Part shown: positions 24,275-38,931 of the stretch, one piece after another | How the letters are laid out: each line of letters starts with the position of its first letter | How positions within the stretch are numbered: position 1 is the first letter of the stretch | Source of the DNA: Octopus sinensis | Taxonomy: Eukaryota | Assembly: GCF_006345805.1 (NCBI RefSeq) | Contig: NC_043008.1 | Coordinates: 60,946,001 to 61,010,000 of the forward strand | Direction of reading: 5' to 3' | Length of the DNA stretch: 64,000 nucleotides | Notes under the pieces: generated by a model | The model's input: only the letters and a program-made list of their open reading frames with translations | What the model was told of the DNA's origin: nothing | Database searches by the model: none | Translations under genes and position numbers: made by a program

Positions 24275-25089
24275 AATAACCTTTGCATTTGATTTTTTAA
24301 TGTCTCTACCCCCATACTTTCGTGAGTTGAATTGAGCAAACACTATATGAGAGAGGTTTTCTTTAAGTATTAGAAATAGCTTTAAAAAAGTTTTTTTAGC
24401 TGCTATTTCTAATGAGTTCAGTATGCGGCAAAGTAATTTATTTTACTAAGCCCTTTTATATAATGTATATATATATATGGCATGCATACATACTTCTGCA
24501 CACATATGCATTCCTTCATATACTGATATCCATAGCTATATCCAAAGCATTATCTACATCTATATATGTGTGTATGCGCGCGTGTGTGTGTATATGCGTC
24601 CGTGCGAGCGTCTGAGTGTACGTGTGTCTCTCTCTGTACATTAGTACATGTATGTATACATAATTACAGAAGAACGTACTTGCACACTCCAACAGTTCAT
24701 ATGTTGATATATTCTCCGTTTCATGTATGCATATGTGTTTCAATGGAGAACTGGAGCATCTTGTAACAAAGTATATATTAAATCATTCTTATTTTCACTC
24801 ATCAAGCCAGATGTTCCTATATTGGATATTAAATACATATCTGACGAGCTTTGGGAATCGCTAAATATCTTCTACAGATATGGGAACCAGTAAGAAATAA
24901 TACATGTCGAAATAAACTATGTGAAATATCTGATTAAATTATAATATGAGAAGTAGCATTTTAGTTTAACTGGGGGAAACAAGAATGAAATTTCAAGTAT
25001 TAAGTAATTGTGTATAGCAGTCGGATTATATTTGCATTGGAAATCTTTCCCAGTGGGAAATTAAAGACCCAGTAATATAACAGGTATGG

Positions 25090-26141
25090 GCTACCTGCTC
25101 GATTATAATTATAAATATATAATGGACTGGACAGAAACTTATAAGAAGATGCCCCAAGATTGTCCGACGACTTGTGCCCCGTGTAAACGAAGACGCATGA
25201 TGGTTGCTTCAAGTGCACATTGGCACGTGTAGGTAACACAGTCGCTCCTTTCTGACAGATGGAAACGTCTGAGCATACTTTTGCGGCTTTTCCATCACCC
25301 TGTATGGTTTACTCTTACGCAGTCACATCTTGCGTGGGAAACACTATTAGCCATAAAGTGCATAGTGCTGCTAGAAAAGTTTCTAGACGTCTAAAGAAAT
25401 CTAGTTGTCTACTGCCAGTGGTTGCAGTCTAAAGTACTACCTTCACTGTCCTTCACATCCAGTGTCATAAACCTATGTGCTGGATTTAGTTCTTTCCAGA
25501 AAAGGACAGATACTCCACCGCCCGATCCTATCAGACAACATGATAAGTACGTCTTGTAGTTGTCAAAATGTAGACTGTGTGAGTGCGTCACAGATACTCT
25601 GGTTTAAGTAATGGCTATCACATCTAAGTTAAGTGATCTAATGTCGTTGAGTACGTGACCTTTCTTCCCAGACCACTTGCATTGAAGGCCCTAATGCTGG
25701 TGTTGGGGATATTAATATTGTTTCTGTGATGTGGGCAGTAAATGGATTTTTGGTTTTGTGTGGGGTCAGAACGCCTGCTGTTGTTCCTTACTGCCACACG
25801 AGTATCATCTGGACCTCATTCCTCGTATTATCACTCGCGTAGCGCCCTCAATCTCCAGATGGATGAACTCTGTGATTTTGTAAATTTTCTGGAAGCTCAA
25901 CTTTTAATTCGGTCCGATTTTCGTGCAAAGTATCTCCCATATTCATAATCTGCTGGTACTCCTCTAATATCATTCTAAAGTGTTTGAGTTTTATTTTCGA
26001 AAAGATATTATTTAGCGTCAACCTGCATAAATGTTTTCTGGATCTATTCTGTTTCTTCAACCTTTGTTCCAATGAGTTCATATCTGGTGCGTTGATGAAT
26101 TTGTGTATGGAGATTATTGACATGAAATTCATTTTCGCCAT
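25090..26141 (-). mobile_element. Decayed Tx1/L1-like LINE: ORF1 with degenerate CCHC knuckle, then APE endonuclease N-terminus
   Basis: ~25815-25770 reads *YSCGSKEQQQAF*P, a C-x2-C-x4-H-x4-C pattern with Cys>TGA and His>Gln. ~25700-25410 reads FNASGL / LNDIRSLNLDVIAIT*TR / GGGVSVLFWKEL. Confidence 0.65.
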
Positions 26142-26189
26142 AAATCAATAAAGAGCTAATAGTTTTCAAAGTTTGGAAATTTTGGGCAA

Positions 26190-26545
26190 TTTTAGCCTAT
26201 CGGAAACCACTTTGTCTTCCATCCTTTCGGGGTTGATGAGTACCAGTGAAGCACTGGGGCCGACATCATCGACTAACCCGCTCCCTTCAAATTTAAAGCT
26301 TGTGCCTATAGTAGAAAAGATTACTTATTATGAAGCGATCTGACAGATTCGTTAGCACGCCGAGCAAAATGCTTAGCGGCATTTCGTCCGTCTTTACGTT
26401 TTTAGTTCAAATTCTCCCTTGGTCGACTTTGTCTTTCATCCTTTCAGTGTCGATCAACTAAATACAAATTAAACACTCATGTGGATGTAATTGACTGGTT
26501 CCCACCTCCAAACTTTCAGGCCTTGTACCTTTAGCTGGAATGACA
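26190..26545 (+). mobile_element. Two tandem partial family B SINEs
   Basis: catcctttcgggg..gtaccag..gcactgggg and cgttagcacgccgagcaaaatgcttagcggcatttcg. Confidence 0.7.
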
Positions 26546-27649
26546 ATCATTTATCAACCCCACAATACCTGCCACATATCATTTGTCTGATTTCAGAAGG
26601 ATCTATCTTATTTGTGTCAAACCGAAAGGAATTTACGTGAACCGTCTTCATGGAAGTGTAAAATTTTATTACTGGTATTTTTGTGATTTTAGAAAAGCAA
26701 AACTAAAATAAAAGAAATATTTCTCTGCTGTCAGGTATTTCAATGTGACGAATAAGACAAGTCAAGATAGCTATCGCTCTACAAAATAGAAGAGAATATA
26801 AAATAATTTTCTTTAGACAGTGAACAACAATGCGAGGAGACCTGTTTGCAGCAAATTGCATATAGTTTTGAAGGCTAAAGCAAGGAATAACAAAAATATA
26901 GTGACGTAAGTTACTTTGGTAACTCGCTAGGCAACGAGAAATGAGTGACAATATCAGCAACTGACATTGACAGCACTCACAGACATACATGTTGCTGAGT
27001 GATAATGTAATCAGATTTGCAATAATAGCCTGAAAATAGGGAATTTGTAGATATAGACAGATTGTGGCTGTAACTATTTACTGGTAGAAATGTGCTGCAA
27101 AAGTCTCTCTCTACTTGTCCAAAAAATTTTCTCAGGAGCGTATCAGGAAAATCTGAAAGAGTGTAGATGTACTTTTACCCTCAAACACTGAACTAAACGA
27201 AGCAAACTTGTACGATATTTGAGATAGCATCCTATAATTCATCGAAGGTATGTTTTATTGTACAGTCTGTATGAATTTCAAAATCTTCATCTGAGTGTTT
27301 ATATCTGTACTTAAGCTATATCTATCTGGTGCATTTCCAATACCATACACACCTCATTTATTTTCCTAATTGTAGTAAATGTTCGGCGAGTGCGTAGCGG
27401 TATGTGATGGTGCGGTATGACGTGTGGGCAAATATCATCAGAATCTTTAAAATATTATGAATGTTATAAACCACAGGACCACATCGCTGTTTTAGCAATT
27501 GCAAGTACAGAGGTAAAAAATATATAAAATACAGGCTTTGTATTGCTGTAAGTCCATCAGAAATCAATTCAATCGCTTAAGGCCCTTAGGTTGGTAACTT
27601 CACTCATCTATTCTCTCTAGTTTACAGGTGCATGCCCAGTTGAGACTCA

Positions 27650-28010
27650 GTCAAACCTTCCTCTTCACATTAACTCATGTTTCAATAGATAACTGGAGCG
27701 TGCACAACTCCTTCTTCAGCGATTTCATGTTTTCTAAGTAGAAACTGAAAATTCTATGAGGGCCTGGCCGAAGAACATCGTGTCAATATTAAGTTCTTCC
27801 TGTCACATCCCTCACAAAACCTCTCTCACCATAGCTACCGAAATACTAGCGCTTCTAGGCCAACTTAAGGTGGTAGAGTAGTCTTCAAGATGGAGTCAGG
27901 GAATAGGATCTTTTCTGCACGTGACTGCAGGTGTTTTATATAGCTCCACAATTTACTAATGCAGGGCAGCTGTTTATATTTCCACAAACCTCGGTCAGGT
28001 CCAAATGGTA
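27650..28010 (-). mobile_element. Possible decayed Tx1/L1-like ORF2 C-terminus
   Basis: QLPCISKLWSYIKHLQSRAEKILFPDSILKTTLPP and FFGQALIEF resemble Tx1-like C-termini from memory; not searched. Confidence 0.4.
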
Positions 28011-28247
28011 CCCCTATCAATTATGTAGAGTCCTGAAGATCTCACAACCATATGGAAACAATGCCTCATCGTTGGTGCGGAGTGTAAGATTATATGACTT
28101 TTTGTACAAGACACAAATATCAGTCTTACAGCTGTGACTTCGATAATTGTTTTGAAGATGGGAAAGAAGGAACGAATGAGAGCATGAGATAGATGAAAAC
28201 GGATGGGGAGAGCGAAGAAAATATGGGGAGTTAGAATGAGAGATAGT

Positions 28248-28285
<38 letters not shown>

Positions 28286-29269
28286 AAATAGCCATAATAG
28301 TTCTCAGAGTCTCTTTTTTAAAACTACCACATATCTATTGTCGAAGCTCTGGAGATGGAGAACGACACTCTCCCCACCATATTTCAAAAATTGCGACATA
28401 ACAAGCATATTCCCCGAATGACAAGTACTGGTTCCCCACCACCACCACCACCACCACCAGTAGTTCCACCATGTTTGTGACGACATTGATAAGCATGTGA
28501 TAATGAACAGATTAAGTCAGTCGCGAAAAAAACACACATTGGAAAGAAAAAGAAAAAAAGCCACGCCACTAAAAAGAGAAAAGTTCTATATTAAGGAAAA
28601 GAAATTAAAATATGGCCAAACGGAGAATCTCCAAAATTTCAATGTTTATTTGAAATTTAGGTTGCTCTCGTTGACTCGTTTGTGTGTCATTTTCATCAAT
28701 GCTAATTAGTTTTACATCTCGCTGACACTGTAATTAATTAATTATTTTTGGCTTACTGCACTAAATATGTCTGTAACTAACTATGTTTTTTTGCTCCCCA
28801 TAGTTAGGTTAAAAAGCTTATTGCTAACATCAAGGACACAAATAATATCAAACACTATAGAGACCACTAAACTATGAGATTCATATGTATTTTATATCCC
28901 TTAACTAAGGATATATTACACACAAATTTCTAATAGCCGTTTCGCCATGGCATTCGTTTTGGTCGAAACAAGGTAATCTATTGCTTCCTTTGTATTCTTT
29001 CAAAGTATATATATACTGTCGGTAGAGACACAATTCCTGAAATATGTGTAAGCATTTTGGGGGGGGGGGCGACGGGGCGAGACTTGAACTTAGAATGCCA
29101 AAACCTAAGCAAATACTACAAAGCGATCCATTTCTGTTATTTCTAAAACTTCCTTTACTCTCCGTACCTGCTCTGGTACTTCCTTATTGACCCTGGAATT
29201 GTGAAAGTTAAAGATTACCGTTTCCCGCTTCTAAATCAGAGTATAAATTCAGAAACAAATAATGCAATG

Positions 29270-29390
29270 AATATTTGGCAGAGCGTCAGAAAATTTGATT
29301 GCTTGACCGATATTTATTTTATCGACCCCGGAAGTATGGAAAACAAAGTTGACCTCAGCGAAATTTGAACTCAACAATTTGGGAACATAA
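29270..29390 (-). mobile_element. Family B SINE fragment
   Basis: tttatcgacccc..aag.atg.aaaacaaagttgacctc.gcg.aatttgaactc. Confidence 0.7.
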
Positions 29391-30752
29391 TACGAAACAT
29401 TTTGAAACAAAACTCAGAAGTGTTGTTTTAGGTTATTCGTCAATAATAGAATTTGTATTATTTGATTTTATATATTTTAATTATCAGAAATTTATTGAAT
29501 ACTTAAAGTTCTAATTTAATTAATACTGTACAAACATAATGATTATTGTCTGTCTAGAGAAAGATAGAGAACAGCCATTTTCGCGGACAATTGAAAAATT
29601 GTTAAGAAAAATAAAGTATGAAATGACATTATTAAAAGAACATAAATATAATAGAAATCGATAATGAAATGTATTGGGTGCAAAAATTTTAACAGCCGGC
29701 TGATGGATCGTTTGTATTGTCGGAGAATTGAAATTTTACAAATTAAATGGCATTTAGTGTATATCTGTACTAGTCTGATCTTCAGAAAATTATGTGAGTA
29801 TACTTACATTTACGTAATAACAATCAACTATATTACTGTAACGCAATTTTCTACGGAGATGCTGATGGATAATCATAAATAGCTTTTTGTTATGTCTTCA
29901 CTTTCCATTGCACTCATTTCTATGGCTTTTATATATATACTCGTATAAAACAAAGTATGATCCAACCAAACCTTTTTTTCATTGACGAAAGACTGGTGAA
30001 TATAATCCTATTAATAAAACGTGTTTCTTCCTTTAGGGATATGAATCCAATTCAGGTAAGTCAGTCTCTCTCTTTTGTATTATATTGCAAAACATTTGGA
30101 GGAATATAAGTGTAAGTACTGAAGATTTTGAAGGTCACATATATCAAACTTGTGTATCGCTGCTTTCCAAAAGAACAGTATAGAAGGAAACGTTTATCAT
30201 AACATAACTATTGTAGAATATTTTTTCTGGTGAGTCTAAAATCAAGGAAAATATGTCGAAGTATTTTTAATATTATCACATCTTTATGAAACCGTCCACC
30301 AATTGTGTCACTCAACCGTGCGACCATGTAGCGAAATAAACCCATATTAGTAAATTTGGTCATGGTAACAGAAACACGGGCAACCGCATAATGCAAAACT
30401 GTATTAATAAGATAATATTCCGATCTTTGTGGAAGAAATGCTTGCTCTTTAAATAAAGTATATTTTTATTCTTAATATGTATTTGACGCTAGCTGACAAA
30501 GCAGTAAGCGTCTGTCGGTCTAGACTAAAATATAATCAATCATTTTCATGAAATTCTATTTAGCTAATTGAAGTATGTTGCATGAGTGTTAAGAACTCTT
30601 TCTTATACATATGCTGTCTCTCTCTCATACACACACAAACACAATGCAACCGTCTGGTATCAGTCTGCCGACCGGCGTTGTAATCTATTGTCCTACTGTC
30701 ATATGGTGCGTTTTTGTTTTAGAGTGCTTCTCCCCTATCGTTGATTTCTTCG

Positions 30753-31140
30753 ATGGCGGAAACGAAGAAACTGTGTGCTTCCGTTAAGTTCTGTTTTCTG
30801 CTAGGGAAAACAGCAGCTGAAACAGTTATCTGCTTCAAACACCTTGCAAGGACCTTGCCATAAGCAAAAGAGAAGTTTAGGTGCCGTTTTCAAGAAAATT
30901 CACGAACCGACCTTGGAGGACAGTCGCCGAACAAGTGACGAACTTGTTGATATGACTGGTGTGTCCTGGAGCTCCTGCCAACGAGTTTTCAGCGATGAAT
31001 TGCAAATGAAAACAGTTGCAACAAGATTTGTGCTTCGTTTGCTCACGGAAGATCAAAAGCATTCATTGCTGAATGCGTGTTGTGAACTGAGAGAACTGTG
31101 GGAAGTTAATCATGACATTTTTCGGTGGTCCTCACTTGCA
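30753..31140 (+). pseudogene. Mariner transposase N-terminal remnant
   Basis: MAETKKLCASVKFCFLLGKTAAETV.. and EDSRRTSDELVDMTGVSWSSCQRVFSDELQMKTVATRFVLRLLTEDQK; frameshifted and deleted. Confidence 0.85.
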
Positions 31141-31426
31141 TCGAAATGCATAACGCACACACACACACACACAAACACAGACACACACACAAGCACACAC
31201 GCAAACCCACACACGCAAACATACACACCACAGCAAGAAACATTATTTTAGAACTCTCTCCTTCACGAAAAGCTAATCTTATAAAAATGATCATTCAGAA
31301 AGTGATAATTGTTGCTGCCCCAGCACGGCTACAATCTTTGGGCCGAGATGCATAACACACACACAAACACACACACACACACAAGCACACACACACCACA
31401 CACACACACAAACACACACACATTCA

Positions 31427-31474
<48 letters not shown>

Positions 31475-32277
31475 CATATACATACAATATTCTTATGACA
31501 TTTCAGTTATTAGCATTACAATAGAGCATAGAATTAATATTACAATTATAGAAAGGCATGTTGATATACCATGCCTGGATTTGCACATTGACTTAAAATG
31601 TTTGGAATGAAACTGCAACTGCACTTTGGAAACAAGCAAAAGTTAATTTCAACTTATTGATAGTTAAATATGAACTCTACAAACCTCATTTTCTTGTGGC
31701 ACAGAATTTGAATGCATATCACAACTTCCAAAATAAATAAATAATTAAATAGTGCTCGAAAGAAAATTGATGAAAATGCGTTGATTAAGCCTTAAACACT
31801 GATATTCACGAGTCTAAATGGGATTTCGATCCTCCTTTTCTTATACAGTGTAACATTGTCATTAAAAGTGTTAACAATATTTATTTGCATAATTTTGGAA
31901 GAAAAATCTACGAGACGGTATTCTGATGTAGATGCAACTTGCTTTCAGCAAGATGAATCAAAGCAATATAAAATGGAATGATTTGCCGAAGGAAAAAAGC
32001 ATGCAGCCGGACAAGCTACCTGCAGGCATGAGAAGAGCTATGATTCTGGAAATCAAACGAATACACAAAATTATACAGAAGTACATAAATCTGTGATATT
32101 TATGGTAAAGATGACGTGCTATAACTAAGCTTGAATATTCTTTATCTCTTCTAATTCCTGCCTGTATTCCCAAAATTGTACCATAAATGACATTTTTCTT
32201 CCGTGTATGCAATTACAAATATCAGTATGTTTTTATATATCGATATATATATATGTCAGTATAACTGTATGTATACG

Positions 32278-32410
32278 AATTCCCTTTCATCCTTTCGGGG
32301 TCGATAAATTAAGTACCAGTTACGCACTGGGGTCGATAGAATCGACTTAATCCGTTTGTCTGTCCTTGTTTGTCCTCTCTGTGTTTAGCCCCTTGTGGGT
32401 AGTAAAGAAA
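32278..32410 (+). mobile_element. Family B SINE 3' half
   Basis: tttcatcctttcggggtcgataaattaagtaccagttacgcactggggtcgat..tttagccccttgtggg. Confidence 0.8.
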
Positions 32411-33276
32411 TATGTATATATATATGAATTCAGATTATACTGATTTCAGCCTAAATGGAGATTTTTTAACCGTTTCGTAAGGCCAAGCGCAATTTTATGG
32501 GATAATCTGTTTATAAGAGGGGGAAATCCTTCGTTCAGTACAAAAGATTTGTTTGGGGCTGAATGGTCACTGGCCTTCACTTGCGATTTTCATTTTAGAA
32601 GTGCTTCTAGGGTGGAAACTAATACTTAACTGAACAACAAAGATCAATAGATTTTCTGTTTATTTACCGCAACCAGAACAGGTATCTACCATGCTGTTAT
32701 AATTCACTTCACAATAACATACTCTTCAAGGCGACAACCAGGTAGAGTCTTTAGCACGCGGGGAAACTGCTTAGTGCCATTTTGTCTTTGTATACGTTCT
32801 GACAGTTCCTTTCATAATATGAGGTTTGATAAAATAGAGTGGCTCGAGAAAGAAATTCGCTTAGGTGGTGCAAGCCCAGATCTAAATGTTTTTCACAAAC
32901 AGGGTTTCATTGATTTTTATGCATTTTTGTTCTTTGTTCTTAGAGAGAAAACTAAATTCAAGCAACATTTTACTGATCCTTTTTTACACATTGCTTCCTA
33001 AACTGAGAAATGTAAGTAGGAATGCAAATTTTGATCTTGCACCCCACAAAAATGTTAGGGTGTGCGTCTGTACCCTCTGCTCCCTCTGTTCCCGGGCCTC
33101 TGTAAAATAAGTACCAGTTGAGCATTACCCCTCTCTTGAACTTGCTGTTCTTGTACCAAACTTTGAAACTAATACAATACCATTCTATCACAAGTAAATA
33201 TTCATTACGAAATAACTGAATTCAATATACGAAAACCAATTAAATACCTTTCAGTGACGGGTGACTTACAGTAGCG

Positions 33277-33356
<80 letters not shown>

Positions 33357-36334
33357 GCATGTGTGGAATCTACTGATAATTATTTAATTGAAGTTCACTA
33401 TTGAAACATTGATGATAAAGAATACGACTCTTCCATTTATTGTATTATTTTTGGTCTAGTTTCCGTCAATGGACTACGACCATGCTTAGAAACCGGCTTG
33501 AATTTTAATGGATCAAATTTTATTATTATTTTAGAAATGGCTGGGTTTATAATATTGAATATCTTTTGCCGAAGGTTGCGCGGGAAGGAAAATGAACCAA
33601 CACCTGTTGCCAAATTGTGAAAGACAAAAACGAGACAGGAAGATAGACATGTGCACACACACACACACACACACACGAAGGACTTCTGCGCAGTCTCCTT
33701 ATATCAGCTTCACAGACAAAATGCTGCTCGGCCTGGGGTTATGCGAGAAAAAAATATTTTCTCACATTGTCATTCAGTTGGATTGATCCCGAATCCACAG
33801 TATCGAGGCGAACTCTTTGGTCGTAGAACTATTCACGATAATCATCGTAATCCTCATTGACTTCTTACTAATTACATCTCTCGTGTTAGTTTTAATTCCG
33901 CACTTTCATGTTTTCTATGCAAATTTTTAAAGATTTCAACTTACGTCACAAGGTTATATCTTACGTCACACATTCTTAACCTATTATTTTCATGACTTTC
34001 TATATTTATTTCTGTATATCTGTAGAAGTTATTATTTTTTTTTAATTTTCCGCTTCCTACATTTCCTGCACTTTCTGTCTCTCTTTTCCTCTCACTCTGT
34101 TCCTCCCACTCATGCTTTCTTTAGGTTCTTATTCTCTTGCGCTATCTCTCTTTTACTCTTATGCATTGCATATACTTTGTAGCCTTTTAAAAACGCAAAA
34201 ATGAAATAAACAAAAGGGAATTGTGGAAGGCATAAAATAAAGCAATCGAAGCAATTTGGAGATGACAACATTTCTTTTTATTTACTTGCGTTAAATCCAT
34301 TTGGAATCCAAGTCTTTACCTCCTCCTGACTTCTTATTACCATGGGTACCGCAAATCAGCAATTATCCGAAATTTTTCAAAGGTCACATACTCAATGACA
34401 TTAAAGATTACTAACATCACATTATTTCAGGATAGAAAACGGAAACAAAGAGAGAAGAATGCTGGTTCGTGAAAAGAAGTCGTTGGCGTACTAAAAAATT
34501 TAAGTCTTCATCAAATTTCAAAACAGCAACCTTTAGAAACTGTTTGAATATTCTTTAACGAGTAATGTTAATAATGAAAATGTTTCTTCTTCGATCTTAA
34601 TTAAAATACAAATATATTTATTTAATTTTAATTTTTTTTTCTGTTAGAAAAATGTTTTTGCTCAAAATTAGTATTTTTAATGAAACAGCTCCTATTATAT
34701 TACTGGAATATAGATTGTCGAATCTGGAGTGCTGGAAAACGAAGATAAACCCAGTCAAATTTCGAGTTAGTAAGTAGAGAAACAAAATTAAAGCTGAACC
34801 GTTAACCAACACTACACACTCACATCATTAAATAACTATGTATTGATTACTTCTCCACGTAGAATGTCTGATTTACTGAGCAATTGAGTACGAGAAGTTA
34901 GGATAAACCTATTTTGTCAATCTCTTGAAAATGGCATGGAAACATGGTATGTTATGCTCCATAATAGCATAATGTAAAAAATATATATCATACACTCTTT
35001 TACCAGACACCTGAACAAGTATTTATTAATATAATAAATGCTCGGGTTATATCCTGGCATATTGTTTGTCAGGAAGGGTTCGTATTACAACACGCATATA
35101 TTCTAGGCAGTATAAAAATCGAAGGACAATCAATTAACTAACAGTCAGACGCTCATAGAAGTATTTTAGCCTCTGGCCCAAAAATGTGCTGATGTCTCAC
35201 ACCCTTGGTTCTACCTTAATTACAGTTACCTTAGATTCTCAAAGCTGACGGGTTACGTATCATCTCCACAAATATACACCCGACATATTCGTCATATCAC
35301 CTTCCGTCTCACGTTTTGTATTCATAATCCATTACGAATCCACACACCAAAAACAAAAAAATCCTTCTTCCTCAAAACTCAACACTCTAGAATTCTCTCT
35401 ACTGTCATTTATATCCGGGATATCAATTAGATAGATTGGTGCGTAGATCAAAATACTAAACAACCAGCATCAAGAAGTACACTAAGATTTCATGTATGCG
35501 CTATACTATGAGTACATTCCTTACATTTATGGCATACGTCAAGGGAATATATTTCACTTTGAATGAAAAAAAAAAATCCTAAATTCGACCCAACATAAGC
35601 CGTTGTAATTTCTTGTCATATCTAATTTGTCATATCTACCATGTTCTTATAACTCTGCAAACGTTGAAGAATAAAACTATAGGGATAGAAAAGCAGCATA
35701 TTATATGATTTTATCTTAACGTTCCTAAAAGAATTTAATTTAAAGTCACTTCTTCCTTGCAGACCATGCCCTTAAATAATTTTGATATATCAAATGACAT
35801 GCGCTGCACCTGAAACGATCAATATTGCACCTTATGGCATTAGTTTTTCAAAGCTTTCTGATGTTTGCAATAATGGGCTGCCAAACCAATTCCACACCCA
35901 TTTCTTCAGCCAAGAAACAGTTGCGTATCAAAGGACAGTTTGTTTTCTTAATCAGAGTAGCAAGCCAATAAAATAAAACATTTCTGCTATTTATCAGTTG
36001 TTGCAGCTACTTAAATTAAGTCAACACACACATTAATAACTTATATATCTATTTAGGCTCAGCTGATGTGAGAGACAATTTACCGTTATCCACTGATTTT
36101 GCCACTTTGTTCAGTATAAAGGGATCTGTACATCTCTGTTACTATTGTTTTGTTTTTCTCTTTAGATTTGTCTAAATTTTATGCAGTTAGAAAAGAAATG
36201 ATTTGTTTTTTTGTACCATAAATATACAAAGAATTTTGATGAAAAGAAAATGAAATAATCAATCAGGACTCTACCACCACCACCACCACCATCACCACTA
36301 CTACTACTACTGCCTCCACCGCCGCCGGTAATTA

Positions 36335-36382
<48 letters not shown>

Positions 36383-36954
36383 ACAATACATATATATGCG
36401 GTTTTACGTTTGGCACAATGATATGTACCATCAGGGTGCCAGCAAGCTTATTGAATATAAAAAGGCTGTTTTTCCTGCGACGTCTGTATTTCGTGCAAGT
36501 TTGTGCTCGATATAAACAGGCGTAGATAGCTAACCAAGTCGGGGGCCAACTTCGTATTTAAAATACTAACACAAAAAAGCACAGAAAAATACTAACACAC
36601 AGAAAGAGGCACAGAAAAATACTAACACACAGAAGCACAGAAAATATGTATTATACCAACATACAGAAAAATGAAAACAAAACACACGGATGAAAAGAAT
36701 CTCGTGGTGTGAAGAATTAGGTGTGAAAAATCAACATAGACAACAGTTAACCACGAGGCAGCATGTGGTTGTCATGGTAACAAGCTATGCAAATTTCCTA
36801 ACTTTAATTCCAAATAACATCAGATTCTTTAATCTACGGGATAAAGTAATTGGTTGATCGCAATGAAAATTCAGAGTTGCATCGATACACGATGCACCAA
36901 AAATGAAAGCGATCTGAGCAAAATTAAGTGGGGTTCATTTTGCGTATGAGAAAG

Positions 36955-36955
<1 letters not shown>

Positions 36956-37018
<63 letters not shown>
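36956..37018. repeat. (CTA)n microsatellite
   Basis: Direct reading. Confidence 0.95.
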
Positions 37019-37190
37019 ACAGAACAAATACACAGTCTCTATAGCGAGTAGAGATAAAATAAGAGCTAAATTTCCTCAAATCACACTCTTACGTTTTAGA
37101 GATAGAATGCTATTTTAGGTATTCAGTATCTGGATGCAGCGAAGAAAACGCTATGTACGTTATGGTTGGATGTGTTTTAATTATAAATCA

Positions 37191-37606
37191 TCGTGATAAG
37201 GATCGATTCGGTGACGAAAGCTAGCCTTTTTACCACATAGTTACAACAGCGCTTGCTATGTTCACTTATTAATTTTTAAATTTTATCGCTTTCACTGTGT
37301 GGGAACCGGCATGTCAAGGGATCCAGGCAGCGTTTTCTGTGCGTATCGTAGAAGCCGACTAAAAAATGTTGACAGAGGATTCGCACTCTGTCGTGATAAG
37401 GATCAATTCGGAGCCGAAACCACGTGGGTGGAAAGCAGGCTTTTTTACCACATAGTCATAACAGCGCTTGCTGTGTTGACTAATAAATTTTAATTTTTTA
37501 TTGCCTTCACTATGTGGGAACCGGCATGTCAAAGGAAGCAGCCAGCATTTTATCTGCGTGTCGTAGAGAAGCGACTAAAAGTGGTTGAGGTACAATTTGC
37601 AATCTG
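37191..37606 (+). repeat. Diverged tandem duplication, ~200-215 bp units
   Basis: Both units start tcgtgataaggatc and share accacatagt..aacagcgcttgct, tgtgggaaccggcatgtcaa and cgactaaaa. Confidence 0.85.
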
Positions 37607-38931
37607 TCCTCGTAAAACCCTCACAAACGACGCCTACAAAAACAGACTCATAGATGGAAGGGTTGTTGCATGAATGGTGCAAAGGTCTCATCTGTCAGGT
37701 GTGGGGAGTCCAAAAATGGGGGATGCAGCGACGCACAGTTACAGTATATTCTACTACTACTACTACTAACACCACACTGATGTTGCCGCTGTTGGCATTG
37801 TTGCCCTTTCTTCTGCAACTCTCCTCTTCCTCCTCCTCCTCCTCTTCCACCTCCTGCCAATCCTCCTCCTCCCATTTCTCCACCTCCCTTTCCTTTCTCC
37901 TCCTCCCCTATCATCATCCCCTTCCCCTCCTCCCCTTCCTTGTCCTTATTTCAATGGATGAATCATTCTGTTTGGAGCAGTTATATATAATTGAAAATAT
38001 TTGGAGTCAACACGAAGGAGTACAGTATATATATATATTACATATGTTGGACTAAAACTCTTGAAGTCAGTGCCCCGGCATGGCCACAGTCAAATGATTG
38101 AATTAGGTAAAAATGAAAGATAAAAGATATTGAAATGCTCGTTTAAATTCAAACACATACATCTGCACATATATATACAAGTATGAAATACATATACATA
38201 TTTTGTATACATACATACACACACACCTCACACATACACGCAGATACCAAAATAGAATATAGAGACGTGATAAATAATACCAGCATAGAATATATAATGT
38301 TGGCAGTGATGATATGAAAGAAAGGAAGTGACTTTTTAACTTTTGAGTATTCATTCTTCTTGTGAACGAACGGATAAGCGGAGAGAAAAGAGAAAGGAGG
38401 AAGTAAATAGAGAACGAGTGTCGCGCATGTATCCAGCCTTCACAGAAAGCTGATTTGAGCTGAGCTGTAGAAATGTCACTTAAGCATTGTTGACAAAAAA
38501 TACGCCTGAGAGGCTGGAATATGTGTGTCCGCATGCATGTGTATGCGTGTATGAAGCTATTCTGTGCGTTTATAAAATGTGCTTGTGCGTGGGTGTGAGT
38601 TTGTGTGAGCAGGTACGGGTCGATTAAAGTTGTGTTTTGTGTGTGGGTCGAGAGGAAAAACATAAACGCGTTTAAGTGAATTTTGTGTGCGCGTACGTTT
38701 GCCTACCAACGTGTGCCAGTCTGTACGTGTGCGTTTGAGACTGTTATGTGCGTCAAACTGAACGGACGAGTTTAAGTAAAATAGGGCTGACATATGTATG
38801 TGAAAAGGTTGGGAAGTGAAAGAGCGTTTCTATATTCTTGTTTCTGTAATTTCTGTATGATTCTGTGTAAGCATTTCATTCTATGTGCATACATAAACAC
38901 AAACATACATACATACATATATACATATAAA

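Larger units (their letters stand above)
23455..24467. mobile_element. Inverted dimer of a circularly permuted 556-nt non-coding HHR monomer, flanked by (TA)n
   Basis: Inverted repeats 23550-23950/24067-24467 (coordinate sum 48017) and 23455-23507/23954-24006 (sum 47461); the difference gives a 556-nt unit. Confidence 0.85.

Noticed and set aside
23678-24339. Paired 94-106 aa ORFs (MLNSTHESMG...) on opposite strands
   Set aside because: They arise from the inverted duplication; no protein motif, and not conserved in the related 600-nt monomer.
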